A stretch of DNA of 64,000 nucleotides from Octopus vulgaris. Taxonomy: Eukaryota. The translations under genes and the position numbers were made by a program. The stretch spans positions 45,942,001 to 46,006,000 of the forward strand of contig OX597837.1 in the NCBI GenBank assembly GCA_951406725.2. The letters run 5' to 3'. The notes under the pieces were generated by a model. The model was not told the origin of the DNA and did not search any database. It saw only the letters and a program-made list of their open reading frames with translations. The stretch's first letter is position 1, and each line of letters opens with the position of its first letter. Positions 13,190-25,165 of this stretch are shown here, piece by piece.

Positions 13190-13646
13190 TAAAGTATAAA
13201 TATAGATGTTTTTAAATCACCAATGTTCAGTTAAGTCCTATTTGGGGTGAAAAATCAATAAACTGATTCCTTATGGGGTTTTCCATTTAATCAGGATAAA
13301 AAAAAACGATTCCTTATAGGACTTCCCACTAAAATTGGCTACACCCCATTTTCAACCATAACATCTACCAATTTTGATGTATTTTGTTCAAACTTGATGC
13401 CAGCATTACTTAGGACTCATGGGATCTTTGAATGCTTTAAGTTCTCCAAAAACGAAAAAAAAAAAACCGATTCCTTATGGGATTTCCTAATCAAATTGTC
13501 TGCAAAATTTCAGCCAAAAGTTTACCAATTTCAATGGATTTCACTCAAATTTGACGTCGATGTTACTTAGTTTGCTTTGAAATAGAGAGCTTCATTAGCT
13601 TAATAATCCTAACTTAATCCCGAGCAAAGCTGGGCAATACTGCTAG
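13190..13646 (+). mobile_element. Non-autonomous Helitron 3' portion
   Basis: Subterminal GC hairpin CCCGAGCAAAGCTGGG followed by terminal CTAG|T; internal repeated GATTCCTTAT(G/A)GG motifs. Confidence 0.6.
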
Positions 13647-13655
13647 TATATATAT

Positions 13656-14050
13656 CGCTCTTTACTCTTTTACTTGTTTCGGTCATTTGACTGCGGCCAT
13701 GCTGCTTTAATCAAGCAAATCAACCCCAGGACTTATTCTTTGTAAGCCCAGTACTTATTCTATCGGTCTCTTTTGCCGAACTGCTAAGTTACGGGGACGT
13801 AAACACACCACCATCAGTTGTCAAGCAATGCTAGGGGGACAAACACAGACACGCAAACACACACATACATATATATATACATATATACGACAGGCTTCTT
13901 TCAGTTTCCATCTACCAAATCCACTCACAAGGCATTGGTCGGCCCGGGGCTATAGCAGAAGACACTTGCCCAAGATGCCACGCAGTGGGACTGAACCCGG
14001 AACCATGTGGTTGGTTAGCAAGCTACTTACCACACAGTCACTCCTGCGCC
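13656..14050 (-). mobile_element. Dominant SINE, full length
   Basis: Family head and tail as above. Confidence 0.85.
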
Positions 14051-14097
<47 letters not shown>

Positions 14098-14274
14098 TTA
14101 TCTAATTAGATAAGTGTGTCACACATAATGTGGAGTACTGAATGATTTTGAAACTACTAGTAACATGAACTGTCTCTTATATGCTTGTAAAAAAATAAAA
14201 ATTAACTCTATATTCATTATATTGAGTACTCTTCTCTTTTTCTTGCTTTGATCACAAGTTCTCTCTCTCTCTCT

Positions 14275-14308
<34 letters not shown>

Positions 14309-14409
14309 AGCTATGTATATATATAAGGACACAGAAAAAACAAGGAGAGAAACAAGGAGAGAAAAAAATGTGTGTAGTGGCTAACGATCTATCATATATA
14401 TACACATAC

Positions 14410-14442
<33 letters not shown>

Positions 14443-14969
14443 CATACATACATACATACACATGTGTCTGTGTGTGCACCAGCAATATTATGGATACAAC
14501 CATCATTTTGGGTGCTGAAACCAACACAACAAGTTGCGCAGAATACCCATAAAATATTTGAATTATTATATTAGGTAGTGTCAAAGTAACAGTAACGTAC
14601 AATCTTAAACCATCATAAAAATTTCTGAGGAAAAGGAAAAAGTACAGCAACAAAATAAACATGTAATGTTTAACATGGACAAAAATTTAGTTGATGGAAA
14701 CTGCCGAATTTTTTTATGCCTTTTACCATAACATTTCACTTAGATCCGTTGATGGTGAAAAAGATGGCTTCCACTATATACTGATCTGAGAGGCTAATAA
14801 TATATTACATAATATACTTATTTTATATGTGTATTAAAAAATTCTTATAAGAGAAAATATATATAATATGTATACATGTGTATAAAATATAATCAAAAAA
14901 ATTTGTACACAATCTTTATATACAATCTTTGTGCACAGTTATTTTTATAAAAAATATGTTACCAAATAT

Positions 14970-15011
<42 letters not shown>

Positions 15012-15535
15012 CGATACATTGATATGACAAAATATATATATATAGCCACAGATATTTGCTGTAGAATGTAAAAACAGAAATTCTCAAAAGAATATTGTTT
15101 CAAAGGATTATGAGCACTTGACCAAATCCTGTGGTTTAACACAATAATGCAATGATGTAGTGTCCATCATCCATGCACACTGGATCATTGTATCAGAAAA
15201 ATGAACATATATTATCACACACCAAGAGAGAATGAAAAAATATCACACAGTGAACAGCAAGTATAAACGTCAGACAAATAAGATATCTCAACATCATAGA
15301 AGATATCACCTGAAATATGAATGAGTTATACTTTATAGACACATTAGGGACCTACCTAGGAAACCTGTATAAATTACTGGCTCACCAGCCCTTAAGACAT
15401 CCAACAAGGGACTTACTTTCAGCACTTTAGGTTTCCATTTTTGTAACTAATTTTAAATGATTTAATGAGTGTGTTTGTGTGTGTGTGTTTGTGTGTGTGT
15501 GTTTGTGTGTGTTTATGGGATGTTGGCATACTTAC

Positions 15536-15616
15536 GTATCTGTTTGGGCAGCCAGTTTGTTGTGATGCATCAGAGCGTCCATCAAGCATCCTTCCAATGT
15601 CCGAATGTGGCCTTCA
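15536..15616 (-). CDS. INTS13: INTS13 coding exon 4 (not in ORF track)
   Basis: atatttag|T GAA GGC CAC...GAT AC|gtaagt; 81 nt, phase 2/2 fits exon 3; (S)EGHIRTLEGCLMDALMHHNKLAAQTD, similar to INTS13 SDSHVRMLEDCVQETIHEHNKLAANSD. Confidence 0.9.
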
Positions 15617-16068
15617 CTAAATATCGTGAGAAAAGAGAGAGAAAAAGAGAAAAAGCAAGAATTAATAAAAACTCAACCTTGGGACCAAGAAAATAGAACA
15701 TCATCATCATCATTTAACATCCGTTTTCCGTGCTGGCATGGGTTGGACGGTTTGACTGAAAACTGGTAGGCCAAGGAACTGCACCAGGTTCCAGTCTGAT
15801 TTGGCATGGCTTATATGTCATGGTGGTGCCCCAGCATGGCCAAAGTCTAATTTGTTTGTATCATTCAAGGAGCACTGCCTTGAATTTTTCGTCAAATGAA
15901 TCGATCCCAGAACCTATTTGTTTAAGCCTGATACTTATTCTGTCAGTCTCTTTGGCCAACTGTTAAGCTATAGGGACGTAAACACACTAACACTGGTTGT
16001 CAAGTGATGACAGGGCAACAAACACAGGCATAAAAACACACATACACATAAATAAATGTATCGCACAT

Positions 16069-16398
16069 TCTGTGCCAGTGGCACGTTAAAAAGCACCAAC
16101 TGTATGTGGCCGATGCCAGTGCCGCCTTGACTGGCTTCCGTGTCGGTGGCACGTAAAAACCACCAACCGATCGTGGCCGTTGCCAGCCTCCCCTGGCACC
16201 TGTGCCGGTGGCACGTAAAAAGCACCCACTACACTCACAGAGTGGTTGGCGTTAGGAAGGGCATCCAGCTGTAGAAACATTGCCAGATCAGACTGGAGCC
16301 TGGTGTAGCCTCCTGGCTTCCCAGACCCTGGTCGAACCATCCAACCCAAGCTAGCATGGAAAACGGACGTTAAACGATGATGATGATGATGATGATGA
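16069..16398 (+). mobile_element. RTE 3' UTR fragment inserted in a minus-strand SINE (~15850-16560)
   Basis: Same unit repeats and (GAT)n tail as 3772-4162; SINE halves on both sides. Confidence 0.75.
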
Positions 16399-17282
16399 TA
16401 TATACATGTACATACAAAGGGTTTCTTTCGGTTTCTGTCTACCAAATCCACTCACAAGGCTTAAGTTGGTTTGAGGCTATACTAGAAGACACTTGCCCAA
16501 GGTACCACACAGTGGGACAGAACCCAGAACCATATGATCGAGAAGCTTCTTATCACAAAGATACGCCTGATAAAAAGATGCGTACACTCTACTGGTGATT
16601 TGAGAAACACCATTCTCTCAGCCGGTTTATCTGACATTAGAATGTCATTTTGGCAAGCCATTATTGTCCAGGGAACGGGATTAATAATCGTAGGAAGGCG
16701 GAGATTTTCAAGGGACATAACTCTTTGATGATTATTTACGAGTTACGTCCCTTGAAATTTTTATTTTATTTTTGTGAGTTAGTAGGAGATAAAAGGAAGT
16801 TTCTTGAATAATGGAGTATAGGATAATGTGGTCTTAGCTAATGTTATACTTTTCAAAAGGAAGAAAGGTAGCTAAGTAGAATCGTTAGCTTGACGTCTAC
16901 TTCTCCAGCACAGCAAAGGAAAACAGAAGTCTCGGTCCCTCGTCTGTGAGACCTAACTTCTGAAGATCCTTTCTCACCACTTCATCCTACATCCTCCTGG
17001 GGCCATCCTTTCCATGTGTTCCTTCCAAAATCAGAGATTGGCACTTCCTTGATGCCCAACTCACTTGATGCAGGATGCAGAGGGTCTGGCACAGGACTGC
17101 CAACGATGGAGCACACTGGTGGACCTGGTTGGCTTTACGCGCAATGACGCCTCTGGGACACCACTAAACTTAAGATGACCTCAGCCCCATCAAGCAAGCA
17201 CATCTCGATTCAGCTGTCCTCATCCACGTGCATTATCTTATCAAAACAGAAAGAAAAGCAAAAGGTAATTAGCAAGTGTTAC

Positions 17283-17485
17283 CTTTTGATGGCCGTTAAA
17301 CATATGATTCTGCCTCGGTTCAGTACGTTGTGGCTGGTTTCAGAAAGGGACGTCCGTAACTCGTGCTGTATTTCACTGGGTTCGCAGAGAACTTCAATGG
17401 CAGTTGACAAACCATGCATCAGTTCGTATTCTTCTTCGCTTCCTCCAGCTCTGGCAGGACCGATACGAGCCAGTGACATCATCAC
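17283..17485 (-). CDS. INTS13: INTS13 coding exon 3
   Basis: ttcttcag|GTG...AAAAG|gtaaca; 203 nt ending in phase 2; VMMSLARIGP...LMHGLSTAIEVLCEPSEIQHELR...NRGRIICLTAIK, similar to INTS13 ILHGLVAAVETLC...NRGRIICITNAK. Confidence 0.92.
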
Positions 17486-17566
17486 CTGAAGAATACAAAA
17501 CACAGAAGAATGAAAGAACAAATCAGATTTACAGGTTTCAGTATTATACTTTCATTAGTTTATTCC

Positions 17567-19048
17567 ATCATCATCATCCGCTTTCCCTGCTGTCATGGGT
17601 TGGACGCTTTGACAGGAGCTGACCCAGGAAGAAGATTGCACCAGGCTTGTGTCTATTTTGGCATGAATTTTACAGCTGGATGCCCTTCAAAGTGGACTCA
17701 GTGCTTTTTATGAGGCACCAGCACAGGCATGGTCAGCTTTGGCATGGTTTCTATAGCTGGATGCCCTTCCTAATGCCAACCACTCCAAGAGTGTAGTGGG
17801 TGCCTTTTAGGTGCCACTGGCACTGTCCACAACTACAATTTCACTTGACTCGATGAGTCTTCTCAAGCACAGCAAATTACCAAAGGTCTCGATCATTTGT
17901 CATCATCTCCATGAGACCCATCATTCAAAGACCAAGCTTCACCACCTCGTCCCATGTCTTCCTGGGCCTACCTCTACCACAGGTTCCCTTCACAGGTTCC
18001 ATACACATCACATGACCATACCAGCACAGTCGTCCCTCTTGCACACCACATGTGATGCCTCTTATGCCCAATTCTTCTCTCAAAAACGCTTACATTCTGT
18101 CATACATGCCAGGCCTGGTCGGCGTTTGTGAGAGATGCAGCATTGAGGATGAAGCCAGCTCAACCCACCCTGGGTGAATGCTGTCTCAAGTCAAGTCAAG
18201 TCATACATGCATACTGACATTGCCCATCCATACTAGCTTCATTTCTTTCAATCCTTCGCATGTCCTCTGCAGTCACAGCCCATGTTTTACTGCCATGTAA
18301 CATAGCTGCTCGCACACAGATTCATACAATCTGCCTTTCACTCTGAGAGAGCGGCACTTTGTTGCCAACAAAGATAGAAGCTCTCTGAACTTTGCCTACA
18401 CATATTCTAGAAGCTATGCTCTCGCAGCATCCACCTCCACTGCTGGTTTGGTCGCCTAGATAACAGAAGCTATCTACTACTTTTAAATACCCCCCTGGTA
18501 TTTGATAAAGTCTATTTTCTGTACACTTCTAATGATTATTGTACATATACATCTGCCATACACAAAGACTACTTTCTCTGGTAACATTCCTCTGATGTTG
18601 CTGCACCTCTTATGCGTCCATAGCTTGCACCGGGTACACTTTATGGAGTTTCTACCTACGCCTTTTCTACATATCAAGCAGGGCCACCTTCTTGAAGGGA
18701 TCTGTGATTTGTCTGTTTTCCTACTTAGTAAGACTTTGGTCTTTGCTAGGTTAACTCTAAGGCCCTTTGATTCCAGACCTTGCTTCCACACCTGAAATTT
18801 CTTCTCTAGTTCTGGTAGTAATTCAGCTATAAAGAACAAGCTTATCAGCATAGAGGAACTCCCAGGGGTAGCCTGTCTTAAATTCCTTTGTTATTGCCAG
18901 GAGAACTATTATGAACAAGAGGGGGCAAGGACTGATCCTTGGTGAATCCCCAATAGTACACTGAATTCATTGCTTTACTTGTTGTCAACCCTCACCTTAC
19001 TGACAGCAGCCCTGTACATGACTTGTACAGCACTCACCAAACACTCAT
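17567..19048 (-). mobile_element. 5'-truncated, degraded RTE-clade LINE in INTS13 intron 2
   Basis: Peptides ELEKKFQVWKQGLESKGLRVNLAKTKVL, Cys-rich WPCLICRKGVGRNSIKCTRCKLWTHKRCS and GRGRPRKTWDEVV; 3' UTR with (GAT)n tail. Confidence 0.85.
18110..18199 (+). mobile_element. 90-bp LINE 3' end insertion with 11-bp TSD
   Basis: GTCATACATGC at 18099-18109 and 18200-18210; (TCAAG)3 tail; remnant peptide WSAFVRDA. Confidence 0.75.
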
Positions 19049-19057
19049 CTATCTCTA

Positions 19058-19136
<79 letters not shown>

Positions 19137-19139
<3 letters not shown>

Positions 19140-19696
19140 CATAAATGACAACAGATGGATAATGTGTCAATCCTCTACAGCTGTTTCCAGTGAATTCTTA
19201 ATTTCTCAAAAACATTCAAAAGCCAACTGCTTGTACCACTTCATGGTCATAAGACAGCAATGGTCAGAGAATCATGAAGTGGTACAAGCAGTTAGCTTTT
19301 GAATGTTGTGATCCATGTATTCACCTGATGAAAACAGTTTTTTTCTAATGATGTAATGTCTCCATTAAGCAATTAAAAATGTGTTGGAAACAGCTGTAGT
19401 GGATTGACACATTATCCATCTGCTGTTATTTATGTATTTACCATTCACCTCTCTCAGAACCTGCTCCTTGTGTAAATTCAAAGTATATTCTGGACCATAC
19501 ACTTCCATTTCCTGGTTAGCCCCAGGGCTCATGATATACTCAGTCAATCGTATACATAATCTGAATATCTTTCCATCCGTACTTTGGTAATCCACGTAAG
19601 TATTCCCCTATTTTTGCTGTGTATGCATTTTATTTTTCAACACAACCCAGTGCCTTATAATTTAAATGCCTGATTCACTCAAATCCTAATCTATTA

Positions 19697-19700
<4 letters not shown>
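19137..19700 (+). mobile_element. Penelope-like/retrozyme-like non-autonomous element with inverted repeats, between (TA)n tracts
   Basis: Contains the hammerhead motif 19319-19404; outer IR ~19137-19205/19368-19437 and inner IR 19211-19245/19273-19307. Confidence 0.55.
19319..19404 (+). ncRNA. Type I hammerhead-like motif with long helix II insert
   Basis: AUUCAC-CUGAUGA-aAACA...UGUUg-GAAA-CAGCUG-UA^GUGGAU: 6-bp helix I (one G.U), palindromic helix III, weak helix II with an A/G mismatch at its base. Confidence 0.65.
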
Positions 19701-19744
<44 letters not shown>

Positions 19745-20455
19745 TACACACACAATGGACTTCTTTCAGTTTCTGTCTGCCATATCCACTCATTAGGCTT
19801 TGGTCAGTCCGAGGCTATAGTATAAGATACTCGCCCAAGGTGCCATGCAGTGGGACTGAACCTGAAACCATGTGGTTGGGAAGCAAGCTTCTTACCACAC
19901 AGCCACACCTGCAGCTTAGTAATTAAGGTGAATGCATTGTATTAGTAGTTGTACTCGTTTAGGTCCCAGGTCAGCACTCATCCAGCAAACCTATGATTTA
20001 AAGCAATGGTTTTCAACCAGAGTTCATATAGCCCTTAGGGGCCCACATAAGATTTTGCTGTCAAAATTTATATGCAATAAATTGCTTATACATCGACAAT
20101 ACACAGAATATTGTTTTTATAGAATTCCTAATAATATTGAATTATAAAAATATAATTAGGAGGTTTTAGACATGAAAGAGGAACCAAAGGGGTCCATAGA
20201 CAAAAAAATGGTTGAGGACCACAGATCTAAGTTGGTCTGTTATTGTTTTGTCGTTTAGTAGACTAAGGATTATATTCTTCCTTATTTAAGATGGAATTGT
20301 CTAATTTGAAGGAGATTTGGCTCCTATTTCTAGCAAGTTAAGTAACTGCACAGTAACTCACAGTGTTTCAGCGTACAGACTGCTGCTGCTGTGGCTCTAC
20401 GATAACAGAAAGGGATGTTAATCAGTAAGTGGATGGATGTAAGTTCAAATCTTAC

Positions 20456-20521
20456 CTGCTGCATTCCTTGGTCCTTCTGGGTCCATGTATTCAATGAGTG
20501 GACTCCACTGACAACACGGAT
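20456..20521 (-). CDS. INTS13: INTS13 coding exon 2
   Basis: tttgcaatttcag|ATC...CAG|gtaaga; 66 nt, IRVVSGVHSLNTWTQKDQGMQQ, similar to INTS13 AHVLNSWTQEDQNLQE. Confidence 0.9.
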
Positions 20522-21611
20522 CTGAAATTGCAAAGAGTAAAAAACACAAATATTCTCAGTGGCATCAGGTAAGAAGGACGGGTATTAACGATTCACCAGT
20601 GGCTTCAGGAAGGGACGAAAGGAGCAAGCAAATATATCTCCCAAATAAAACAAATCATTCCATTTCATCTAGTTTCAGTTCACGAGCTGTGGCCATGCTG
20701 GGAGGGCCACTGCAAAAAGGGTGTGAATCTGAGAGGAGAATATGTTGAATAAAATCATAATTAACTGATCCTCCTGTCCTTTGTTTTACCCAAAGCCAGA
20801 AACCCCTTTATATATATACACACACACACAAGGGGGTGCTCGCTTTTGGTAAAAGAAAAAAATATATATATATTCTTAGCCAAAGAGAAACCATTTCACT
20901 CTCGGAGTAGTTGGCATTAGGAAGGGCATCCAGCCATAGAAACCAAGCCAAATCTGACTGGAGTCTGGTGCTGCCTTCCAGCTTGCCAGCCCTGGTCAAA
21001 CCGTCCTACCCATGCCAGCTTGGACAACGGACGTTAAATGATGATGATAATGATGAAGATACTGATTCTTTTATTTGAGTGCGGCCATGCTGGGGCACTA
21101 CCTTGAAGGGTTTTAGTCAAACAATTCAACCCCAGGGCTTATTCTTTGAGGACTAGTACTTATTCTATCTGTCGCTTTTTGCCGAACGGCTAGACTACGG
21201 GGACATATACACACCAGCATCGGTTATCAAAAATTTCGTACATACATATACGGCGGGCTTCTTTCAGTTTCCATCAACAAAATCCACTCACAAGGCTTTG
21301 TTCAACCTGAGGCTATAGTAGAAGACACTTGTCCAAGTGACCACGCAGTGGGACTGAATCCGGAACCATGTGGTTGGGAAGTGAGCCTCTTACCACACAG
21401 CCACCCTTACAATATTATCGACCCTCAGATGGACGAAAGGTAAAGTTAACTTCGACGGGACTTGAACTGAGAAGGTGAAAGGTCGTAGACTACAGATAGG
21501 CATTTTGTCCGAGTGACCCCCTGCCTGAATGGGAACCCAGTAAAGGGTCGTGCGAACCTATTTCTTTATTAACCACAAGGGGACAAACAAGGACAGACAT
21601 AGGTATTAAGT

Positions 21612-21775
21612 TGATTACATCGACCCTAGTGCGTAACTGGTACTTAATTTATCGACCTCGAAAGGATGAAAAGTAAAGTCGACCTCGGCGGAATTTGAAC
21701 TCAGAACGTAACGGCAGACGAAATACGGCTACGCATTTCGCCCGGCGTGCTATCGGTTCTGCCAGCTCGCCGACC
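21612..21775 (-). mobile_element. Second tRNA-derived SINE family (GGCGAGCTGGCAGAA head)
   Basis: GAGTTCAAATTCCGCCGAGGTCGACTTT..TTCATCCTTTC body; further copies at ~24030-24190 (-), ~25646-25810 (+) and ~29718-29915 (+). Confidence 0.75.
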
Positions 21776-22036
21776 TCCAGACAAAAAAAGACTATAGCGT
21801 GAGGTAAGATGTTTGCTTCGCAACCACATGGTTCCGGGTTCAGTCCCACTGCGTGGCACCTTGGGCAAGTATTTTCCACTCTAGCCTCGGGCCGACCAAA
21901 TACTTGTGTTAATTTGGTAGACTGAAAATATGTGTGTGCGTCTGTTTGTCCCCCACCGGCCTTGGTGTGTTTATATCCCCGTAACTTAACGGTTCGGCAA
22001 AGAGACCAATAAAATAAGAACAAGACTTTAAAATAT

Positions 22037-22187
22037 TTGGCGATACTTCGGTATAAATACCCACGTGACTTTGTTTACATTTCTGAAGATAACAGAAACC
22101 CTTTTCTCCTACCCCTAACCCCACCCCATATATAAAAAAAAACAGTTTCTTGAAATGTTTCCGGTACTTATACCGAAGTTACGCCAA
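22037..22187. mobile_element. Small MITE inside a SINE copy (21795-22280)
   Basis: TIRs TTGGCGATACTTCGGTATAAATACC / GGTACTTATACCGAAGTTACGCCAA. Confidence 0.6.
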
Positions 22188-22381
22188 AGAGAGAAATACT
22201 GGGGTCGTTTGGTACGATAAAATTTTTTCAAGGCGTTGCTCCAGCATGGCAGCAGTCTAATAAGTTAAACAAGTAAAAAATTAAAAGATACAAGATGAAA
22301 AAAACAAATTCGAAAACACGTGTAAACAATAATAAAATAGATTTTGTAAGAGATGAAGAAGGAAATGTGTTTTGGTTTTAC

Positions 22382-22603
22382 CAGTTTCTGTGTGGGGAAA
22401 ATGTCGTAGACAATCCTTATGAATTCTATGACCGATTCCACACACGAAGTCCAAAGGGATTTGGTGATGGGAGCGGCGGGGATTAAGCCGGGGCTCTTCG
22501 ATTTCGACAACACATCGTATTCGACGGTTTGTTTGGAAGATTGGGCAAAATAGGGGCTTCTGTCCAGGACAATTACCGTTTTGTGGGAGTTTGGGAACGA
22601 CAT
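22382..22603 (-). CDS. INTS13: Integrator complex subunit 13 (asunder), coding exon 1
   Basis: ATG at 22603; MSFPNSHKTVIVLDRSPYFAQSSKQTVEYDVLSKSKSPGLIPAAPITKSLWTSCVESVIEFIRIVYDIFPTQKL matches the recalled INTS13/ASUN N-terminus (SHKTVFVVD..., PISKSLWTCSVES...IMYDIFP); 222 nt, phase-0 GT donor (CTG|gtaaaa). Confidence 0.93.
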
Positions 22604-22699
22604 TCCTACGCTTTGAACCCAAGTCCTTTTGTATACAAACACAGTAATATAGATATAAATATTTAAATCCAACGCGTTAATCTGTTAAAAATCAATCAG

Positions 22700-22830
22700 A
22701 GGAGTTCGATCGGTTTTTCTCTATTGATGAATATCCCGCCAGGGCGCCGGCATGACACCGCCGGTGCAGCAATGAGGATTGTCTGCAGAGGCCAAGTAAC
22801 ACACTTTCACTTTTGACGTTACGGAAATTT
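22700..22830 (-). promoter_or_regulatory. Putative INTS13 promoter / 5' end
   Basis: Short GC/CpG-rich patch 100-230 bp upstream of the ATG, with TGACGT (CRE-like) and CGGAA (ETS-like) words, in otherwise AT-rich DNA. Confidence 0.35.
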
Positions 22831-22924
22831 TAGGCCTTCATATGAATTGATATACTTTCAGATTTTCTACTGAGCTTTCTCTTCATCTTAATTTAAAATT
22901 TAGTCAATTATTAAAACATGGTTC

Positions 22925-23335
22925 GGATCTTTTCGGTTTGAACGACAGTTTTTAAAATAATTTCTTTGTAACTAAACACTTTTAAACTTCGTATACAGGT
23001 AGAATGTGTTTATAAAACATCTTTTTCTCTTGGATTTATTGAGAAAATTCTATAGTTTGTAAGATATTTGTTGTTTGTTTTCTTCAATTTCTGCAATTTC
23101 AACCAATCAATGACGTCTATTGAGGTGAAAACATTCTGTGCCGTATAAATATGTCCCTCGTTTAAAAAACAAATTGGGTTTATTTACATTTCTGAAGAAA
23201 AAAAAGATACCCTTCCCCTCACCCCTAACCCTAAAACAGATTGAAATGCAATAGATCGATACTAGGGTCATAATTATGGGTGACAATTTCATATGACACC
23301 ACTAGAAAAAACTGCCGTTCAAACCGAAAAGATCC
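22925..23335. mobile_element. Mutator-like MITE upstream of INTS13
   Basis: TIRs GGATCTTTTCGGTTTGAACG(A/G)CAGTTTTT; flanking duplication AAACATGGTTC at 22914-22924 and 23336-23346; related TIR ends at ~27232 and ~31458. Confidence 0.8.
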
Positions 23336-23599
23336 AAACATGGTTCTATTCAATTAGGCAGTATAATTAATTCAATATTTTTTTTCAAAGAAAAATTTAA
23401 AGCAAACATTGGAAATACTCCCAAAAAATAATAGCTGTAGGTCCTTATCTACACTGTATAACTAATATAATTTAATTGGAGTGCCTTTTAAATTCTCTTA
23501 TTTTATTTTATTCTATTCATTGAATAAAAGAGACTTTTTAGTTTTAATCTTCTTATATAAACAATGGATTTTTTTATTTAATCTTCAGCATTAAATATT

Positions 23600-23985
23600 C
23601 TCTTTACTCTTTTACTCTTTTACTTGTTTCAATCATTTGATTGCGGCCCTGCTGGAGGGCCTTTAGTCGAACAAATCGACCCCAGGACTTATTCTTTGTA
23701 AGCCTAGTACTTATTCTATCAGTCTCTTTTGCTGAGCAGCTAAGTTACAGGGATGTAAACACACCAGCATCAGTTGTCAAACGATATTGGGGGGACAAAC
23801 ACAGACACACAAACACACACGCAAATATATATACATATACATTTATACGACAGGCTTCTCTCAGTTTCCGTCTCCCAAATCCACTCACAAGGCTTTGGTC
23901 AGCCCGAGGTTATAGTAGAAGACACTTGCCCAAGGTGCCATGCAGTGGGACTGAACCTGGAACCATGTGGTTGGTAAACAAGCTA
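23600..23985 (-). mobile_element. Dominant SINE
   Basis: Family head and tail; other partial copies at ~19745-19912, ~21075-21405, ~30165-30710, ~35915-36185 and ~57416-57590. Confidence 0.8.
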
Positions 23986-24344
23986 ACATTAAATGCCCCA
24001 CAATATTGATTTCAGAGAGGAGGATAAGTCGCACATTCGACCTCAATACTCAACTGGTACTTATTTCATCGACCCCGGAGGAATGAAAGCAAAATCAAAC
24101 TTTGGCTGAATTTGAACTCAGAACACAAATATGGACAAAATGCTGTAAAACATTTGCGCAGTGTGCTAATGATTCTGCCAGCTTGCCGCTTCACATGCCT
24201 TTACCATATTTCCTGCCTGTCATGATGTGTTTGAGTGTTATATTTTCCACAAGCTTGAGTATGGAACAAAGTCGAAGATACAATTGAAATCTTTAACATA
24301 ATAAAACACTTTTATAAAGACTTAATAATTTCTGCACCAAATTA

Positions 24345-24805
<461 letters not shown>

Positions 24806-24825
24806 ATAATAATAATAATAATAAT

Positions 24826-25165
24826 GAAATCATTGTATACAGTGCTCAGGTGCACCGCAACTTGTCAAAAGTGCATATAAAGCATATGCAGTAATGTATA
24901 AATGTCTGGAAAGCGAACAATGTATGAGTCAGATACATGCTTGTGTGTGTATAGAGGGGAGAAAATCAGGTGTAGTGTTGGCGAATCTCAGAAAGCATGG
25001 AAGTTTTGAAGGATGCAGTGCTCTGACAACTAACAACTGATGCCGGCAGTTTGTTCCATGCTTCAGCAACTCTTGGCGTGAAAAAATGCTTCCGAAAGTC
25101 ATGGAAGGAGCTGTGCTGTTTTCTGACTTTGTAAACATGTCCACGGGTGTTAGACGGGTGGAGTT
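24826..25165 (-). mobile_element. CR1-type LINE 3' fragment
   Basis: Near-identical to 29117-29460; FRKHFFT.RVAEAWNKLPASVVS...SFK motif. Confidence 0.8.

Noticed and set aside
14135-14170. CUGAAUGA...GAAACUACUAGUA between TA tracts
   Set aside because: Non-canonical core and no helix I or II.
15200-15320. Good minus-strand acceptor (tatttcag) as possible INTS13 exon 5
   Set aside because: The required phase hits an immediate TGA.
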